NCBI GenBank assembly: GCA_031409655.1
Contig: JANNXQ010000195.1
Location: 32,001 to 96,000 of the forward strand
From: Chthoniobacteraceae bacterium
Lineage (GTDB): Bacteria > Verrucomicrobiota > Verrucomicrobiia > Chthoniobacterales > Chthoniobacteraceae
DNA: 64,000 nucleotides
Direction of reading: 5' to 3'
A program made the position numbers and the translations under genes. This document shows positions 1 through 9,678 of the stretch, one piece after another. Below the pieces are notes generated by a model. It made no database searches. It saw only the letters and a list, made by a program, of their open reading frames with translations, and was not told where the DNA came from. The stretch's first letter is position 1. Each line of letters begins with the position of its first letter.

Positions 1-501
1 TGTCTGGTGATGCTGCGCTCCCACCCGATCACGGCGCGGCTGATCGCCGCCATGAGCACCGTCGTCGTCTGGCTGGCCTGCATGGAGAATCTCGACAAGC
101 TCAGCGACCACCTCGAACAGCAGGCCTCGGTGAAGCCCATCGCCGAGCATCTGCGCACGGCGTCGGACTTTGATCGCGCGACCATCTTCGCCTGCGAAGT
201 CCGCGCCCACGGCTGGGAATTTTACCTCCAGCGGCTCACGTTCATGACCCGCGTCGATGCCGATGTGGTGCTGCCGCTCACGGACGAACAGCGCGGACGG
301 ATGATCGCCAAACCATCCCAATGCTCGGAGGAAATGCTCAAGCGCGCGCCCGCCTACGGCCTGGTGCGGGTCGAGCGCTTCCGGCGCAGCTTTCCAAAGG
401 AGCAGTGGACCGTGCTCGAAAACGCCGGCGACTTTCTGCTCATCGGCTCGAACGACACCGCGCTCGCGGTGGCGGCGACCGCTAAAACTGGAAGTAGATA
501 A
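1..501 (+). CDS. C-terminal part of a membrane protein, possibly ArnT/PMT-family glycosyltransferase (5'-truncated by window edge)
   Basis: Frame open from position 1; hydrophobic helix (LIAAMSTVVVWLAC) followed by a soluble tail with WEFYL, reminiscent of ArnT C-termini; stop overlaps the MBOAT stop. Confidence 0.4.
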   Translation, partial: CLVMLRSHPITARLIAAMSTVVVWLACMENLDKLSDHLEQQASVKPIAEHLRTASDFDRATIFACEVRAHGWEFYLQRLTFMTRVDADVVLPLTDEQRGRMIAKPSQCSEEMLKRAPAYGLVRVERFRRSFPKEQWTVLENAGDFLLIGSNDTALAVAATAKTGSR

Positions 502-1990
502 ACGCCTTGTACTTCGCCGGGACGAAGAAGAGGGCGACGGCAGTGCCCGCGCCGAGCAAGGCGGCAAAGGCCCAACTCGGAATCCGCCGCCACCAAGTCG
601 CCAGCAGCCCGCGCGAATTCATCCAATGGACCGCCGCGAGCGCGACGAAGACCCACAGACTTTCGACGGCAAAAGCGCGCTTGCCGTGGCTGTCAAAGAG
701 GACAAAGGAATCGAGGATCGTGCTCGCGGTTTTGAAGCCGGTGCGGGTGACGTGGCCATCGGCGTCCTTGATGTCCTGAGAGCGGAAAAAGATCCAGGTG
801 ATGCAGACCCAGTAAAAAGTGAGCGGCACCGCGATCCAGCGCATCACCGTCTGGAAAGCCCTCCCCGCATATTCGATCCGCTGCCACTCGCGATGCACGA
901 TGAGCGCCAGTCCGTGCAGCCCACCCCAGATGACGAAGGTCCACGAGGCCCCGTGCCAGAGCCCGCCGAGGAGCATCGTGAGCATGAGGTTGCGATAGGT
1001 GAAGAGCTTCGTACCGCGATTTCCGCCGAGCGGAATGTAGAGGTAATCGCGCAGCCAGGTGCTCAGCGAAATGTGCCAGCGCCGCCAGAATTCCGTGATG
1101 TGCTGGGCGAAGTACGGGAAGGAAAAATTAACCGTGAGCTCGTAGCCGAGCAGCCGCGCCGTCGCGAGGGCCATGTCCGTGTAGCCGGAGAAGTCGCAGT
1201 AGATCTGGACCGCGTAGAAGAGCACCCCGATCCAAGTGCTGAAGAGATTGTACTTCTGCGGATCGGCGAAGAGCGCGTCCACGACGGGCGCCACATTTTC
1301 CGAGATGCAGGCCTTCTTCACAAAGCCGAGGAAGAAGAGCGCGAGACACGCGCGGACATCCACCTTCGCCCAGACCCGCTTCTCATAGACCTGCGGCAGG
1401 AAGGTCATCGCGCGGACGATCGGGCCGGCGACGAGTTGCGGGAAAAAGGAGATGAAGAACGCCAGATCGAGGAAGCTGCGCACCGGTTCGAGCCGCCGCC
1501 GATACACGTCGATCGAATAACTCATCGACTGGAAGGTGTAGAAACTCACGCCATACGGCAGGATGATTTGCAGCGTCCAATCCGAAGCGGGCAGGCCAAA
1601 CCAAGCGAGGAAAGCAGACGCTGAGGTGAGGAAGAAATTGAAATACTTGAAGAAGCAGAGCACGCCGAGATTCGCGAGGATGCTCGCCAGCAGCCAGGCG
1701 CGGCGCCGGGCTTCCGTGGTCGAGTTCCCGAGCCCGAGCCCGACCGCGTAGTCCATGCAAGTCGAAGCCCAGAGCACTGCGGGAAACCACCAGCCCGCGG
1801 GCAACTTCTCCCAATGCCCGCCGGTGATGTTTTCCCAAAAAGTCAGCGGCTCACCGACGAAGAAGCAGGCGTAGAAAAAGTGATTCGCGACGAGCAGCCA
1901 GAGTTTGCGCGAAGTATTGCCACGCAGCGCCCAGTGGACCCCGAAGACGAGAAGGAAAAAGAAGAGGAAACGAAACTCGACGAAAAGCAC
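482..1990 (-). CDS. MBOAT family O-acyltransferase (AlgI/DltB-like)
   Basis: Motifs LPYGVSFYTFQSMSY, FFPQLVAGPI, QIYCDFSGYTD, EFWRRWHISLSTWLRDYLY, GLWHGA, C-terminal FIYFQF. Confidence 0.92.
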   Translation of the reverse strand: MLFVEFRFLFFFLLVFGVHWALRGNTSRKLWLLVANHFFYACFFVGEPLTFWENITGGHWEKLPAGWWFPAVLWASTCMDYAVGLGLGNSTTEARRRAWLLASILANLGVLCFFKYFNFFLTSASAFLAWFGLPASDWTLQIILPYGVSFYTFQSMSYSIDVYRRRLEPVRSFLDLAFFISFFPQLVAGPIVRAMTFLPQVYEKRVWAKVDVRACLALFFLGFVKKACISENVAPVVDALFADPQKYNLFSTWIGVLFYAVQIYCDFSGYTDMALATARLLGYELTVNFSFPYFAQHITEFWRRWHISLSTWLRDYLYIPLGGNRGTKLFTYRNLMLTMLLGGLWHGASWTFVIWGGLHGLALIVHREWQRIEYAGRAFQTVMRWIAVPLTFYWVCITWIFFRSQDIKDADGHVTRTGFKTASTILDSFVLFDSHGKRAFAVESLWVFVALAAVHWMNSRGLLATWWRRIPSWAFAALLGAGTAVALFFVPAKYKAFIYFQF

Positions 1991-2099
1991 AGGTGGGGCA
2001 GGGGATCAGCGGCGGGCAGGGATGCGGGAGAGCCGCGGAGTTTCAGCGCGTCTGCGGCTGACTGGCGAGAAAACGTTCCGGGAACGAAGCCTCGGGGTG

Positions 2100-2492
2100 C
2101 TAAGCCGGACGGACGACTGGCACGCGATCATTTCCCAGTCGCGCGATTTGCTCCGCGGTCGCGGCCTGGGTCACCACTTTCAGCAGCCGGTAGTGTTTGC
2201 CCGGCGGCGTCGGGAGGAGCAGCCCCTCCAGCGCCGAACCCGCGGGCACGTCCTCCCAATGCTGCTCTCCCGTGGCCTGGTCTTTCTCTCCGAAGCGCTC
2301 GATGCCCGGCACGAGCACTGGCTCGGCGCCCTCGCGTTTGATCCAGTAGTTCCGGCTCTCCGCGCGCGCCGGCCCGCCAAAGACGGCCTCCGCAAACGGG
2401 AGTTCAAACTCGCCCGCCGGTCCGCGCAGGAGCACCGTGGCCTGCTGCCCGGGTTTCACCTCCTGGCCTTTTTGGATGAAGCGATTGCACAT
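2100..2492 (-). CDS. Minimal SRAP (YedK/HMCES-like) domain protein, 130 aa
   Basis: ATG at 2492 gives MCNRF; ARAES, VLVP..FGEK, VVT, NDRVPVV line up in order with SRAP motifs MCGRF, NARxE, CLVP..FYEW, IIT, HDRMPVI. Confidence 0.6.
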   Translation of the reverse strand: MCNRFIQKGQEVKPGQQATVLLRGPAGEFELPFAEAVFGGPARAESRNYWIKREGAEPVLVPGIERFGEKDQATGEQHWEDVPAGSALEGLLLPTPPGKHYRLLKVVTQAATAEQIARLGNDRVPVVRPA

Positions 2493-2505
2493 GGCGGAAA
2501 CGAAA

Positions 2506-3735
2506 CTAGACCTCGCAGGCGGCCTGGAAGGCGGGGAGGGCGTGGGTGAAGGTGGCTTCATCGCGGGCGTGGATGCGGAGGAAGGGGGCGCCTTTCTCGA
2601 TCGGCTCGCCGACTTTGCGGAGGTGGTCGCAGCCGACGGCGAAGTCGATGGAGTCGGTGGCGCGCGCCCGACCAGCGCCGAGGGTCACGCAGGCGCGGCC
2701 GATGTGGCCGGCGTCCATCTTTGAAATGATCCCGGAGCGCGGGGCGGGGAGGTCGCGGATGATGGGGGCGCGGTGGATCTCGAGGAGGCGCTCGAAGGCG
2801 CTGGCGTCGCCGCCCTGGGCTTCGACGAGGGCGATCCATTTGCGCCACGCGGTGCCGTCGGCGAGCCAGCCCGCGAGTTGGGCGCGCGGGGAGTGGGCGA
2901 CTTGCTCGCAGAGGTCGAGGGTGAGCGCGACGAGGTCGCGCGGGCCGCGGCCTTGCAGAGTGGCGACGGCTTCGGAGACTTCGAGGGCATTGCCGACGGT
3001 GGTGCCGAGGGGTTCATCCATGGGCGTGAGGAGCGGGGTGACTCGCACGCCCATCTCGCGGCCCACAGCGCAGAGACTCGCGGCGAGGGACTCGGCTTCG
3101 GTACGCGTTTTCATAAAGGCACCGCTGCCGAATTTCACGTCGAGGACGAGGCGGTCGAGGGATTCCGCGAGCTTCTTGCTCATGATGCTGGCGACGATGA
3201 GCGGCTGGGAGGGGACGGTGGCGGTGACGTCGCGCAGGGCGTAGAGCTTTTTGTCGGCTGGGCAGATGTCCGCGGTCTGGCCGATCATGGCGACACCGAG
3301 GCGGGCGAGCTGGGCCATGGTTTCCGCTTCGCTGAGGCCGACGCGGAAGCCGGGGATGCTTTCGAGTTTATCCAGGGTGCCGCCGGTGATGCCGAGGCCG
3401 CGGCCGGAGATCATGGGAACCCAGAGGCCGTCGCAGGCCAGGAGGGGAGCGAGGATGAGGGAGACTTTGTCGCCGATGCCGCCGGTGCTGTGTTTATCGA
3501 CCTTCGGCGGGGAGCCGGGGGGATGGGCGAGGCAGCGGCCACTGTGCATCATGGCCTGGGTGAGCGCGCCGGTCTCGGCAGCGGTCAGGCCTTGGAAATA
3601 GACGGCCATGGCCCAAGCGCTGACCTGGTAGTCGGGGATCTCGCCGCGGGTGTAGCCGCGGATAAAGTCCTGGATTTCGGAGGCGGTGAGTTCGCCGCCG
3701 TCGCGTTTTTTCTCGATGAAGGTGGGGACGTGCAT
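2506..3735 (-). CDS. deoA: Thymidine/pyrimidine-nucleoside phosphorylase
   Basis: IEKKRDG, DYQVSAWAMA, DKHSTGGIGDK, SGRGLGITGGTLDKLESIPG, LYALRDVT, SIMSKK, LDVKFGSGAFMK. Confidence 0.93.
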   Translation of the reverse strand: MHVPTFIEKKRDGGELTASEIQDFIRGYTRGEIPDYQVSAWAMAVYFQGLTAAETGALTQAMMHSGRCLAHPPGSPPKVDKHSTGGIGDKVSLILAPLLACDGLWVPMISGRGLGITGGTLDKLESIPGFRVGLSEAETMAQLARLGVAMIGQTADICPADKKLYALRDVTATVPSQPLIVASIMSKKLAESLDRLVLDVKFGSGAFMKTRTEAESLAASLCAVGREMGVRVTPLLTPMDEPLGTTVGNALEVSEAVATLQGRGPRDLVALTLDLCEQVAHSPRAQLAGWLADGTAWRKWIALVEAQGGDASAFERLLEIHRAPIIRDLPAPRSGIISKMDAGHIGRACVTLGAGRARATDSIDFAVGCDHLRKVGEPIEKGAPFLRIHARDEATFTHALPAFQAACEV

Positions 3736-3737
3736 TG

Positions 3738-4601
3738 TCACACCCCCACCGGGTGCCAGGCGGTCTTCATCTCCACGGTGTCGAGGATCCAGTAGGGGTC
3801 TTCGGCTTTCGCGGTGGACCAGTCCTTTTCGGCAAGGGTGCGGGTGGCGATGCGCTTGAGATTGAGGGCGGTGCCGGCGCGCAGGGCGGTGGTGGTCCCG
3901 GGGTCGCCGCTGCCGTCGATGACGGCATTGATGTCCATGTGAGTGGCGAAGTGCGGGACGAGTTCGGCGCGGGTGCCGGTGAGGAGATTGATGACGCCGC
4001 CGGGGAGGTCACAGGTGGCGAGGACTTCGGCAAAGGCGAGGGCGGGCAGCGGGCTGGTCTCGCTGGCGAGGACGATGGCAGCATTGCCGCTCAAGATGGC
4101 GGGCGCGACGAGGGAGATGAGGCCGAGCAGGGCGGGGCGATCCGGGGCGACGACGACGACGATGCCGGTGGGTTCGGGGAAGGTGAAATTGAAGTGCGAA
4201 CTGGCGACTGGATTCACGGACGAGAAGAGCTGGGGAAACTTATCCGTCCAGCCGGCGTAGTGGACGAGGCGGTCGATGCTCTGCTCGACCTCCCGCTCCG
4301 CATTGCGGCCTCCGGCGTGGCGCAATTCTGCGACCAGTTCGCTGGCCCGATTTTCGAGCATCTCGGCGGCGCGGTAGAGGATCTGGCCGCGCAGATAAGC
4401 GGTGGCTTTCGCCCAGCCGGGTTGCGCTTTGCGGGCCGCCACGGCGGCGTCGCGGAAGTCCTTGCGCGAGGCCACGCAGTAGTTTGCGAGCAGGGTCTGG
4501 CCATCGGCGGCAAGGGCCGGGGCGACGCGACCACTTTCACCGCGCGGGAATTTTCCCCCGATGAAAAGTTTGCGGGTCTTGAGGACGGAGAGGCGGGGCA
4601 T
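3738..4601 (-). CDS. Aldehyde dehydrogenase family 'half' protein (NAD-binding/oligomerisation part, no catalytic domain)
   Basis: KLFIGGKFPRGESGR, HYAGWTDK, EPTGIV, GVINLLTG, EMKTAWHPVG; no ELGG or GQxC; 287 aa from ATG 4601. Confidence 0.8.
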   Translation of the reverse strand: MPRLSVLKTRKLFIGGKFPRGESGRVAPALAADGQTLLANYCVASRKDFRDAAVAARKAQPGWAKATAYLRGQILYRAAEMLENRASELVAELRHAGGRNAEREVEQSIDRLVHYAGWTDKFPQLFSSVNPVASSHFNFTFPEPTGIVVVVAPDRPALLGLISLVAPAILSGNAAIVLASETSPLPALAFAEVLATCDLPGGVINLLTGTRAELVPHFATHMDINAVIDGSGDPGTTTALRAGTALNLKRIATRTLAEKDWSTAKAEDPYWILDTVEMKTAWHPVGV

Positions 4602-4724
4602 AAGTGGGGGGAACTTGGGAGTTGAGTGCGGGTGGCCAGTCTTGGCAAAGTGCGGTTGAGCGCGACGGGCGAGCATTCCCTACGCAGCCCTGCCGGTTCA
4701 ATCCTCAACTCTTCCCAAACCCCC

Positions 4725-5660
4725 GTGACGAAATCGGAGACCACATTCATCGCCGGCCATCGAGGTCTGGCCGGCGGGGCGATCACGCGCGAGCTGCAGG
4801 CTCAGGGCTACAGCCGTCTGGTCACGCGCACCCGCTCCGAGCTGGACCTGCTGGACCGCGAGGCGGTGCGGCGTTTTTTCGAGGAGACGCGGCCGGTCAT
4901 CGTGGTCGTCGCGGCGGCGAGGGTGGGTGGCATCAAGGCGAATAACGACTACCCCGTGGAGTTCCTGCTCGAGAATCTGCGGGTGCAAAACAACGTCATC
5001 GAAGCGGCGCACGACTTTGCTGTGCGCAAGCTGCTCTTCCTCGGGAGCTCGTGCATTTATCCAAAGTTCGCACCGCAGCCGATCCCCGAGTCGTCGCTGC
5101 TGACGGGTCCGCTGGAGCCGACAAATGAACCCTACGCGCTGGCGAAGATCGCGGGCATCCGGCTCTGCCAAAGTTACGCGCGTGAGTATGGCCGGAATTT
5201 CATCAGCGCGATGCCAACGAATCTTTACGGCCCGGGGGATAACTTCGATCTCGCGAAATCGCATGTGCTCCCGGCGCTGCTGCGGAAGGTGCATGAGGCG
5301 AAAGTGGCGGGTGCGACGGAGGTGCTGGTCTGGGGCACGGGTGCGCCGCGGCGCGAATTTCTCCACGTGGAGGATCTGGCGTCGGCCTGCCGATTCCTGA
5401 TCGAGCACTACGACTCGCCGGAGATCATCAATGTCGGCTTTGGCGATGACGTGACGATCCGCGAACTGGCGGAAACGATCTGTGAGGTGGTGGGCTTCAA
5501 AGGAGCCCTGGTCTTCGATGCCACCAAGCCGGATGGGACGCCGCGCAAGCTGCTGGATACTTCGCGGCTGCGGGCGCTGGGCTGGAGCCCGCAGATTTCG
5601 CTGCGCACTGGCATTCAGCGGACCTACGAGTGGTTCGTCCGTGAGGTGGCAACCACTTAA
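4725..5660 (+). CDS. fcl: GDP-L-fucose synthase
   Basis: AGHRGLAG, AAARVGGI, GSSCIYPK, EPTNEPYALAK, MPTNLYGP, SHVLPAL, WGTG.PRREFLH, KPDGTPRK; GTG start 4725. Confidence 0.95.
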   Translation: MTKSETTFIAGHRGLAGGAITRELQAQGYSRLVTRTRSELDLLDREAVRRFFEETRPVIVVVAAARVGGIKANNDYPVEFLLENLRVQNNVIEAAHDFAVRKLLFLGSSCIYPKFAPQPIPESSLLTGPLEPTNEPYALAKIAGIRLCQSYAREYGRNFISAMPTNLYGPGDNFDLAKSHVLPALLRKVHEAKVAGATEVLVWGTGAPRREFLHVEDLASACRFLIEHYDSPEIINVGFGDDVTIRELAETICEVVGFKGALVFDATKPDGTPRKLLDTSRLRALGWSPQISLRTGIQRTYEWFVREVATT

Positions 5661-5666
5661 ACGAAG

Positions 5667-7169
5667 ATGCCGACCGGGGCTGAGGATCGTGCGCGCGAAG
5701 TCGAAGGGCTGGCTGGGGAGCAGGCTGGTGGGGTGGATGATCTGGATGCGTTGCGGGTCTTGCGGGACATTTCTCCCGTGGGGATCTACCGGACGGATCA
5801 CGACGCGCGCTGCATTTTCGTGAATGCGCGCTGGTGCGAACTGACGGGCCTGACGTCCGAGGAAGCGATGGGCAACGGGTGGCTCCGGGCGATCCATCCT
5901 GCGGATCGCGAGCGGGTGGGTCGGGAGTGGGAGAAGGGGCACAAAGTCAGCCAGGTCTTCAAGTCGGAGTATCGCTATCTGCGGCCGGATTTGACGGTCG
6001 TCTGGATCTTTGGCCAGACGGCGGCGCTGCGCAGTGCGGAGGGCGCGCTGCTTGGGTACGTCGGGTCCGCCACGGATGTCACGGAGCTGCATCTGATGCG
6101 GGAAAAACTGCAACGCTCGGCCGAGCAGCTCGAGGTGACGGTGGGTGAGCGGACGCAGAAACTCTTTCACATAGCGCTGGCCGTGGAATCGATCGGCGAC
6201 GCGGTGATCACGATCGATTCCGACCGGAAGATTGTCTCCTGGAATAAAGCGGCCGAGGTGATGTTCGGATGGACAGCCGCAGAGATGATCGGGGGCTCCA
6301 CGGAGAGGCTCACGCCACCGGAGTTGCTCGCGGAGGCTGCGAAGATCAAGGATCGCGTGTGCCGGGGTGAGCGGGTGGATGGCTTTGAAACGATGCGGAA
6401 GACGAAGAGTGGCGCCATCGTCGAAGTCTCGCTAAGCGCCTTTCCCCTCCGCGATGCGCGGAGCAAAATCATCGGCACGTGCGCAGTGATCCGCGATCAA
6501 ACGCAGATGCGGGTCGCGGAGCGGCGTCTGCGGAAACTTGCCTGGCGCCTGCTGCAGGTGCAGGACGAAGAGCGGCGGCGGCTCGCGCGGGAATTGCACG
6601 ACTCCACGGCCCAGACGGTGGTCGCTGTGTCGCTCAATCTCGCGCAGCTCATCCAGGCGGGACCGCTCATGACCGATGCCCGGCGGAGCGAACTGCTCAT
6701 GGACAGCATGGACCTTGCGGAAAGCGCGATGCGGGATCTTCGCACCACGTCCTATCTCCTGCATCCGCCGCTGCTCGACGAGCGCGGTTTGCGCTCGGCG
6801 CTCGAATGGTTTGTCGAAGGGTTTCGGATCCGGAGTTTGATCGAGGTTTCCACCAATATCGATCCAAGTGTGGAGAGCATGCCCGAGGCACTGAAGCTCG
6901 CGATCTTCCGCATCGTGCAGGAGTGCCTCTCAAATGTGCATCGGCATGCCCGGACCAAGACCGCTGCCCTGAGTCTGCTCACGGACGGCGAAGCCTGGGT
7001 GCTGACGATTCGTGATGGTGGCAGCGGGCTCGCGGTGCCCGTGGAGATCGAGGAAGGCACGGGCATCTCTGGGATGAGAGAGCGTCTTGCGCAGTTCGGA
7101 GGAACGCTCGAAGTTATCCCCAGCCAAAACGGCACCACGGTGGTGGCCCGCATCCCTCTCGAACCATGA
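5667..7169 (+). CDS. Cytoplasmic two-PAS sensor histidine kinase (HisKA_3 type)
   Basis: Two PAS/PAC regions (IHPADRE, SWNKAAE), EERRRLARELHDS, FRIVQECLSNVHRHA, DGGSG, GISGMRER. Confidence 0.9.
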   Translation: MPTGAEDRAREVEGLAGEQAGGVDDLDALRVLRDISPVGIYRTDHDARCIFVNARWCELTGLTSEEAMGNGWLRAIHPADRERVGREWEKGHKVSQVFKSEYRYLRPDLTVVWIFGQTAALRSAEGALLGYVGSATDVTELHLMREKLQRSAEQLEVTVGERTQKLFHIALAVESIGDAVITIDSDRKIVSWNKAAEVMFGWTAAEMIGGSTERLTPPELLAEAAKIKDRVCRGERVDGFETMRKTKSGAIVEVSLSAFPLRDARSKIIGTCAVIRDQTQMRVAERRLRKLAWRLLQVQDEERRRLARELHDSTAQTVVAVSLNLAQLIQAGPLMTDARRSELLMDSMDLAESAMRDLRTTSYLLHPPLLDERGLRSALEWFVEGFRIRSLIEVSTNIDPSVESMPEALKLAIFRIVQECLSNVHRHARTKTAALSLLTDGEAWVLTIRDGGSGLAVPVEIEEGTGISGMRERLAQFGGTLEVIPSQNGTTVVARIPLEP

Positions 7170-7819
7170 GCACTGAGACCCGTATCCTCCTCGCCGATGA
7201 TCATCCAATCGTGCGCCGTGGTCTGCGCAGCCTGCTCGAACAGGCGGGCTGGACGGTCTGCGCTGAGGCGGACGACGGACGCAGCGCCGCGAAGCTGGCG
7301 CGCGAACATCTGCCGGACATCGTCGTCATGGACATCAGCATGCCCGGCATGAACGGGCTCGATGGAACGACGGCGGTGCGCAAGGCCTGCCCGACCGCGC
7401 AGGTGCTCATCCTTTCGATGTATGAGAGTGAGCAGTTTGTGCGGGAAGTCCTGGCGGCGGGAGCCCGGGGCTATGTGATGAAATCCGACGCGCCCCTGGA
7501 ACTCGTCGCCGCGGTCAACGCGCTGCGGGCGGGGAAGACTTTTTTCAGCAGCAGCGTCGCCAAGACCGTGGCGCGGAGTGGGTGGGAGCCGCAGACACCG
7601 CTGACGCAAAAGCGTCCGCCGGGCGGGCTCACGCATCGCGAGCGCGAAGTCGTCCAACTGCTGGCCGAAGGCGAGACGAATAAAGGCGTGGCGGACAAGC
7701 TGCAGATCAGCGTGAAGACGGTGGAGACCCACCGCGCGCGCATCATGAGTAAACTGAGTCTGAAGACGGTGGCCGATCTCGTGCGCTACGCGATCCGCAA
7801 TCTGATGGTGGAGCCGTGA
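7166..7819 (+). CDS. NarL/LuxR family response regulator
   Basis: ADDHPIVR, DISMP, LTHREREV, ISVKTVETHR; ATGA overlap with the kinase. Confidence 0.93.
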   Translation: MSTETRILLADDHPIVRRGLRSLLEQAGWTVCAEADDGRSAAKLAREHLPDIVVMDISMPGMNGLDGTTAVRKACPTAQVLILSMYESEQFVREVLAAGARGYVMKSDAPLELVAAVNALRAGKTFFSSSVAKTVARSGWEPQTPLTQKRPPGGLTHREREVVQLLAEGETNKGVADKLQISVKTVETHRARIMSKLSLKTVADLVRYAIRNLMVEP

Positions 7820-7841
7820 GGTCTTTCGAGGGCCGGCGCAC

Positions 7842-8243
7842 TCACGCCCCGTAGTCCTTCGCCAGGCGCAGTTCCGTGCCTTCTTTCATGAGGCGATAGT
7901 CGATCTCGGTGAAAGCGCGCCGGATCAGATGAATCCCGAGACCACCGGGCTGCACGAGATCGAGCGGGCGGCCTCGCAGACACGAGGGATCACACTGCCG
8001 GCCGAAATCGCGGAGCACAAAGGCGATCCCGTCGGCGCGGCGTTCGCAGAGCAGGCAGATCGGCTGATCGGGCGCGTGCTGATAGGCGTAGCGGATGATG
8101 TTCGTGCAGGCTTCATCGAGGCCGAGGATCATCAGATCTTTTTCCGCCGTGCTGAAATCGGTGGTGGCGAGAAATTCGCGGGCGAAGTCGCGCACCAGGG
8201 AAAGATTCGCGGGATGGCTCGCGAACTCGATTTCGCGCTTCAT
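7842..8243 (-). CDS. Anti-sigma factor / Ser-Thr kinase (RsbW-like HATPase_c)
   Basis: DEACTNIIRYAY, DFG, GGLGIHLIR; coupled to upstream phosphatase. Confidence 0.85.
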   Translation of the reverse strand: MKREIEFASHPANLSLVRDFAREFLATTDFSTAEKDLMILGLDEACTNIIRYAYQHAPDQPICLLCERRADGIAFVLRDFGRQCDPSCLRGRPLDLVQPGGLGIHLIRRAFTEIDYRLMKEGTELRLAKDYGA

Positions 8244-9514
8244 TGGAAACCGAAAGTCAGCAGGGTGAGATCATCGTGCGGATCGACATCGCCGCGGTGC
8301 TTGAGTTCGCCGTCGGTGAGCGTGCGGATCACTTCCACGGCGCTGGGGAAGGGTCGGCCGAGGAGCGCGGCCACGCCGCTGGCGTCGAGCGATTCGTCCT
8401 TCGCGTTGAAGGATTCGACGAGCCCATCGGTGTAAAGGACGAGCCATTCTCCTTTGGCCAGGGTGATGGCGTGCGGACGGCTGAGCAGCTCGGGCAAAAG
8501 GCCCAGCGGGGGCGAACCGGGGATGGCGATCTCGGTAACCGTGCCATCGGCCCGCGCGATGAAAGGGTGGCAGTGACCCGCGCTGCAGAGCTCGACGTGC
8601 CGGGTGGAGAGCGTGATCCGCCCGACGATGGCGGTGATGAACATGCCGCGCACGGTGTGCCCGGTGAGCATTGCATTCCACCGCGCGATGGCGGCCACTG
8701 GCGAGATGCCCGGCTTCACGATGAGCCGGAGCATGCTCAGCGCCTGCGCCATGAGGAGCGCGGCGGGCATGCCTTTCCCCGAGACGTCGCCGATTACAAA
8801 ATGGATCTCGTTCGGCCCGGCCTCCAGGACATCGAAGAAATCGCCGCCCACATTATTTGCCGGGCGATAGGTGGACGCAAAGCTCAGGTGCGGATGCTGG
8901 GGGAGCGACTGCGGGAGGAAGCTCGACTGGATCTCCCGGGCAAAAGCGAACTCCTGCGCCACGCGGTCCTGTTCCCGCTGGCGTTCGATGGTCCGCAGCT
9001 TCTCGATGGCCGTGGCGGCCAGATTTCCGTAGGCCGCAAAGACTTCGAGATCCTCTGGTTGAAAGGCTTCGCGCCCAATCGGGTTGAGCACCTGGAGCAC
9101 GCCGATTTCCTTGGAGTCGCGCCGCAGCGGCACACACAGGATCGACCGTGTGCGAAAGCCCGTGATTTGATCCGCCTCCTGATAAAAGCGCGGATCGGCG
9201 TAAGCATCCGGGACCAGCAAGGACTGCCCGTGCTCCAGCACCCAGCCGGAAATGCCGCGTCCGCGCGGCACGATGAGGGTCTCCCCCGACCGCCCTTCGG
9301 CGGCGGCTCCGCTGGCGCAGGCCAGTTCCAGATCCGCCGATGGAGTGACGAGGAAAAGGGACGCCGCCTCGACTTCCAAAACGCGCCGCGCCACGGCGAG
9401 GATCGCGGGCAGCAGCTCGCTGGATTCCGTGATTGCGTTGATCAGCGCGCTCACTTCCACAAGCCCTTTGTAGAGGGTGAGCTGACGCTGGAGGTCGGAG
9501 AGATCGGCGGGCAT
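8240..9514 (-). CDS. GAF + PP2C (SpoIIE/RsbU-like) Ser/Thr phosphatase
   Basis: GAF (GISGWV, DAYADPRF, TRSILCVPL), AREIQ..LP, VGGDFFD, GDVSGKG, SAGH, YTDGLVE, DDLT; ATG 9514. Confidence 0.9.
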   Translation of the reverse strand: MPADLSDLQRQLTLYKGLVEVSALINAITESSELLPAILAVARRVLEVEAASLFLVTPSADLELACASGAAAEGRSGETLIVPRGRGISGWVLEHGQSLLVPDAYADPRFYQEADQITGFRTRSILCVPLRRDSKEIGVLQVLNPIGREAFQPEDLEVFAAYGNLAATAIEKLRTIERQREQDRVAQEFAFAREIQSSFLPQSLPQHPHLSFASTYRPANNVGGDFFDVLEAGPNEIHFVIGDVSGKGMPAALLMAQALSMLRLIVKPGISPVAAIARWNAMLTGHTVRGMFITAIVGRITLSTRHVELCSAGHCHPFIARADGTVTEIAIPGSPPLGLLPELLSRPHAITLAKGEWLVLYTDGLVESFNAKDESLDASGVAALLGRPFPSAVEVIRTLTDGELKHRGDVDPHDDLTLLTFGFQ

Positions 9515-9678
9515 CAGGAGCGGAGTGTAGCGAGTGGAGTGGGGGAGTAAAGGCGGGTGGCGCGTGGTGAAATTCCCGGAGGTGAGATCACGGTTGAGAG
9601 TTGAGAGCGGCGCGCGCAGAATGGAAAACGCGCGTCGGAAATTCCGCGCCGCGCCCTTTTCCACCATCCCATCCCGCT

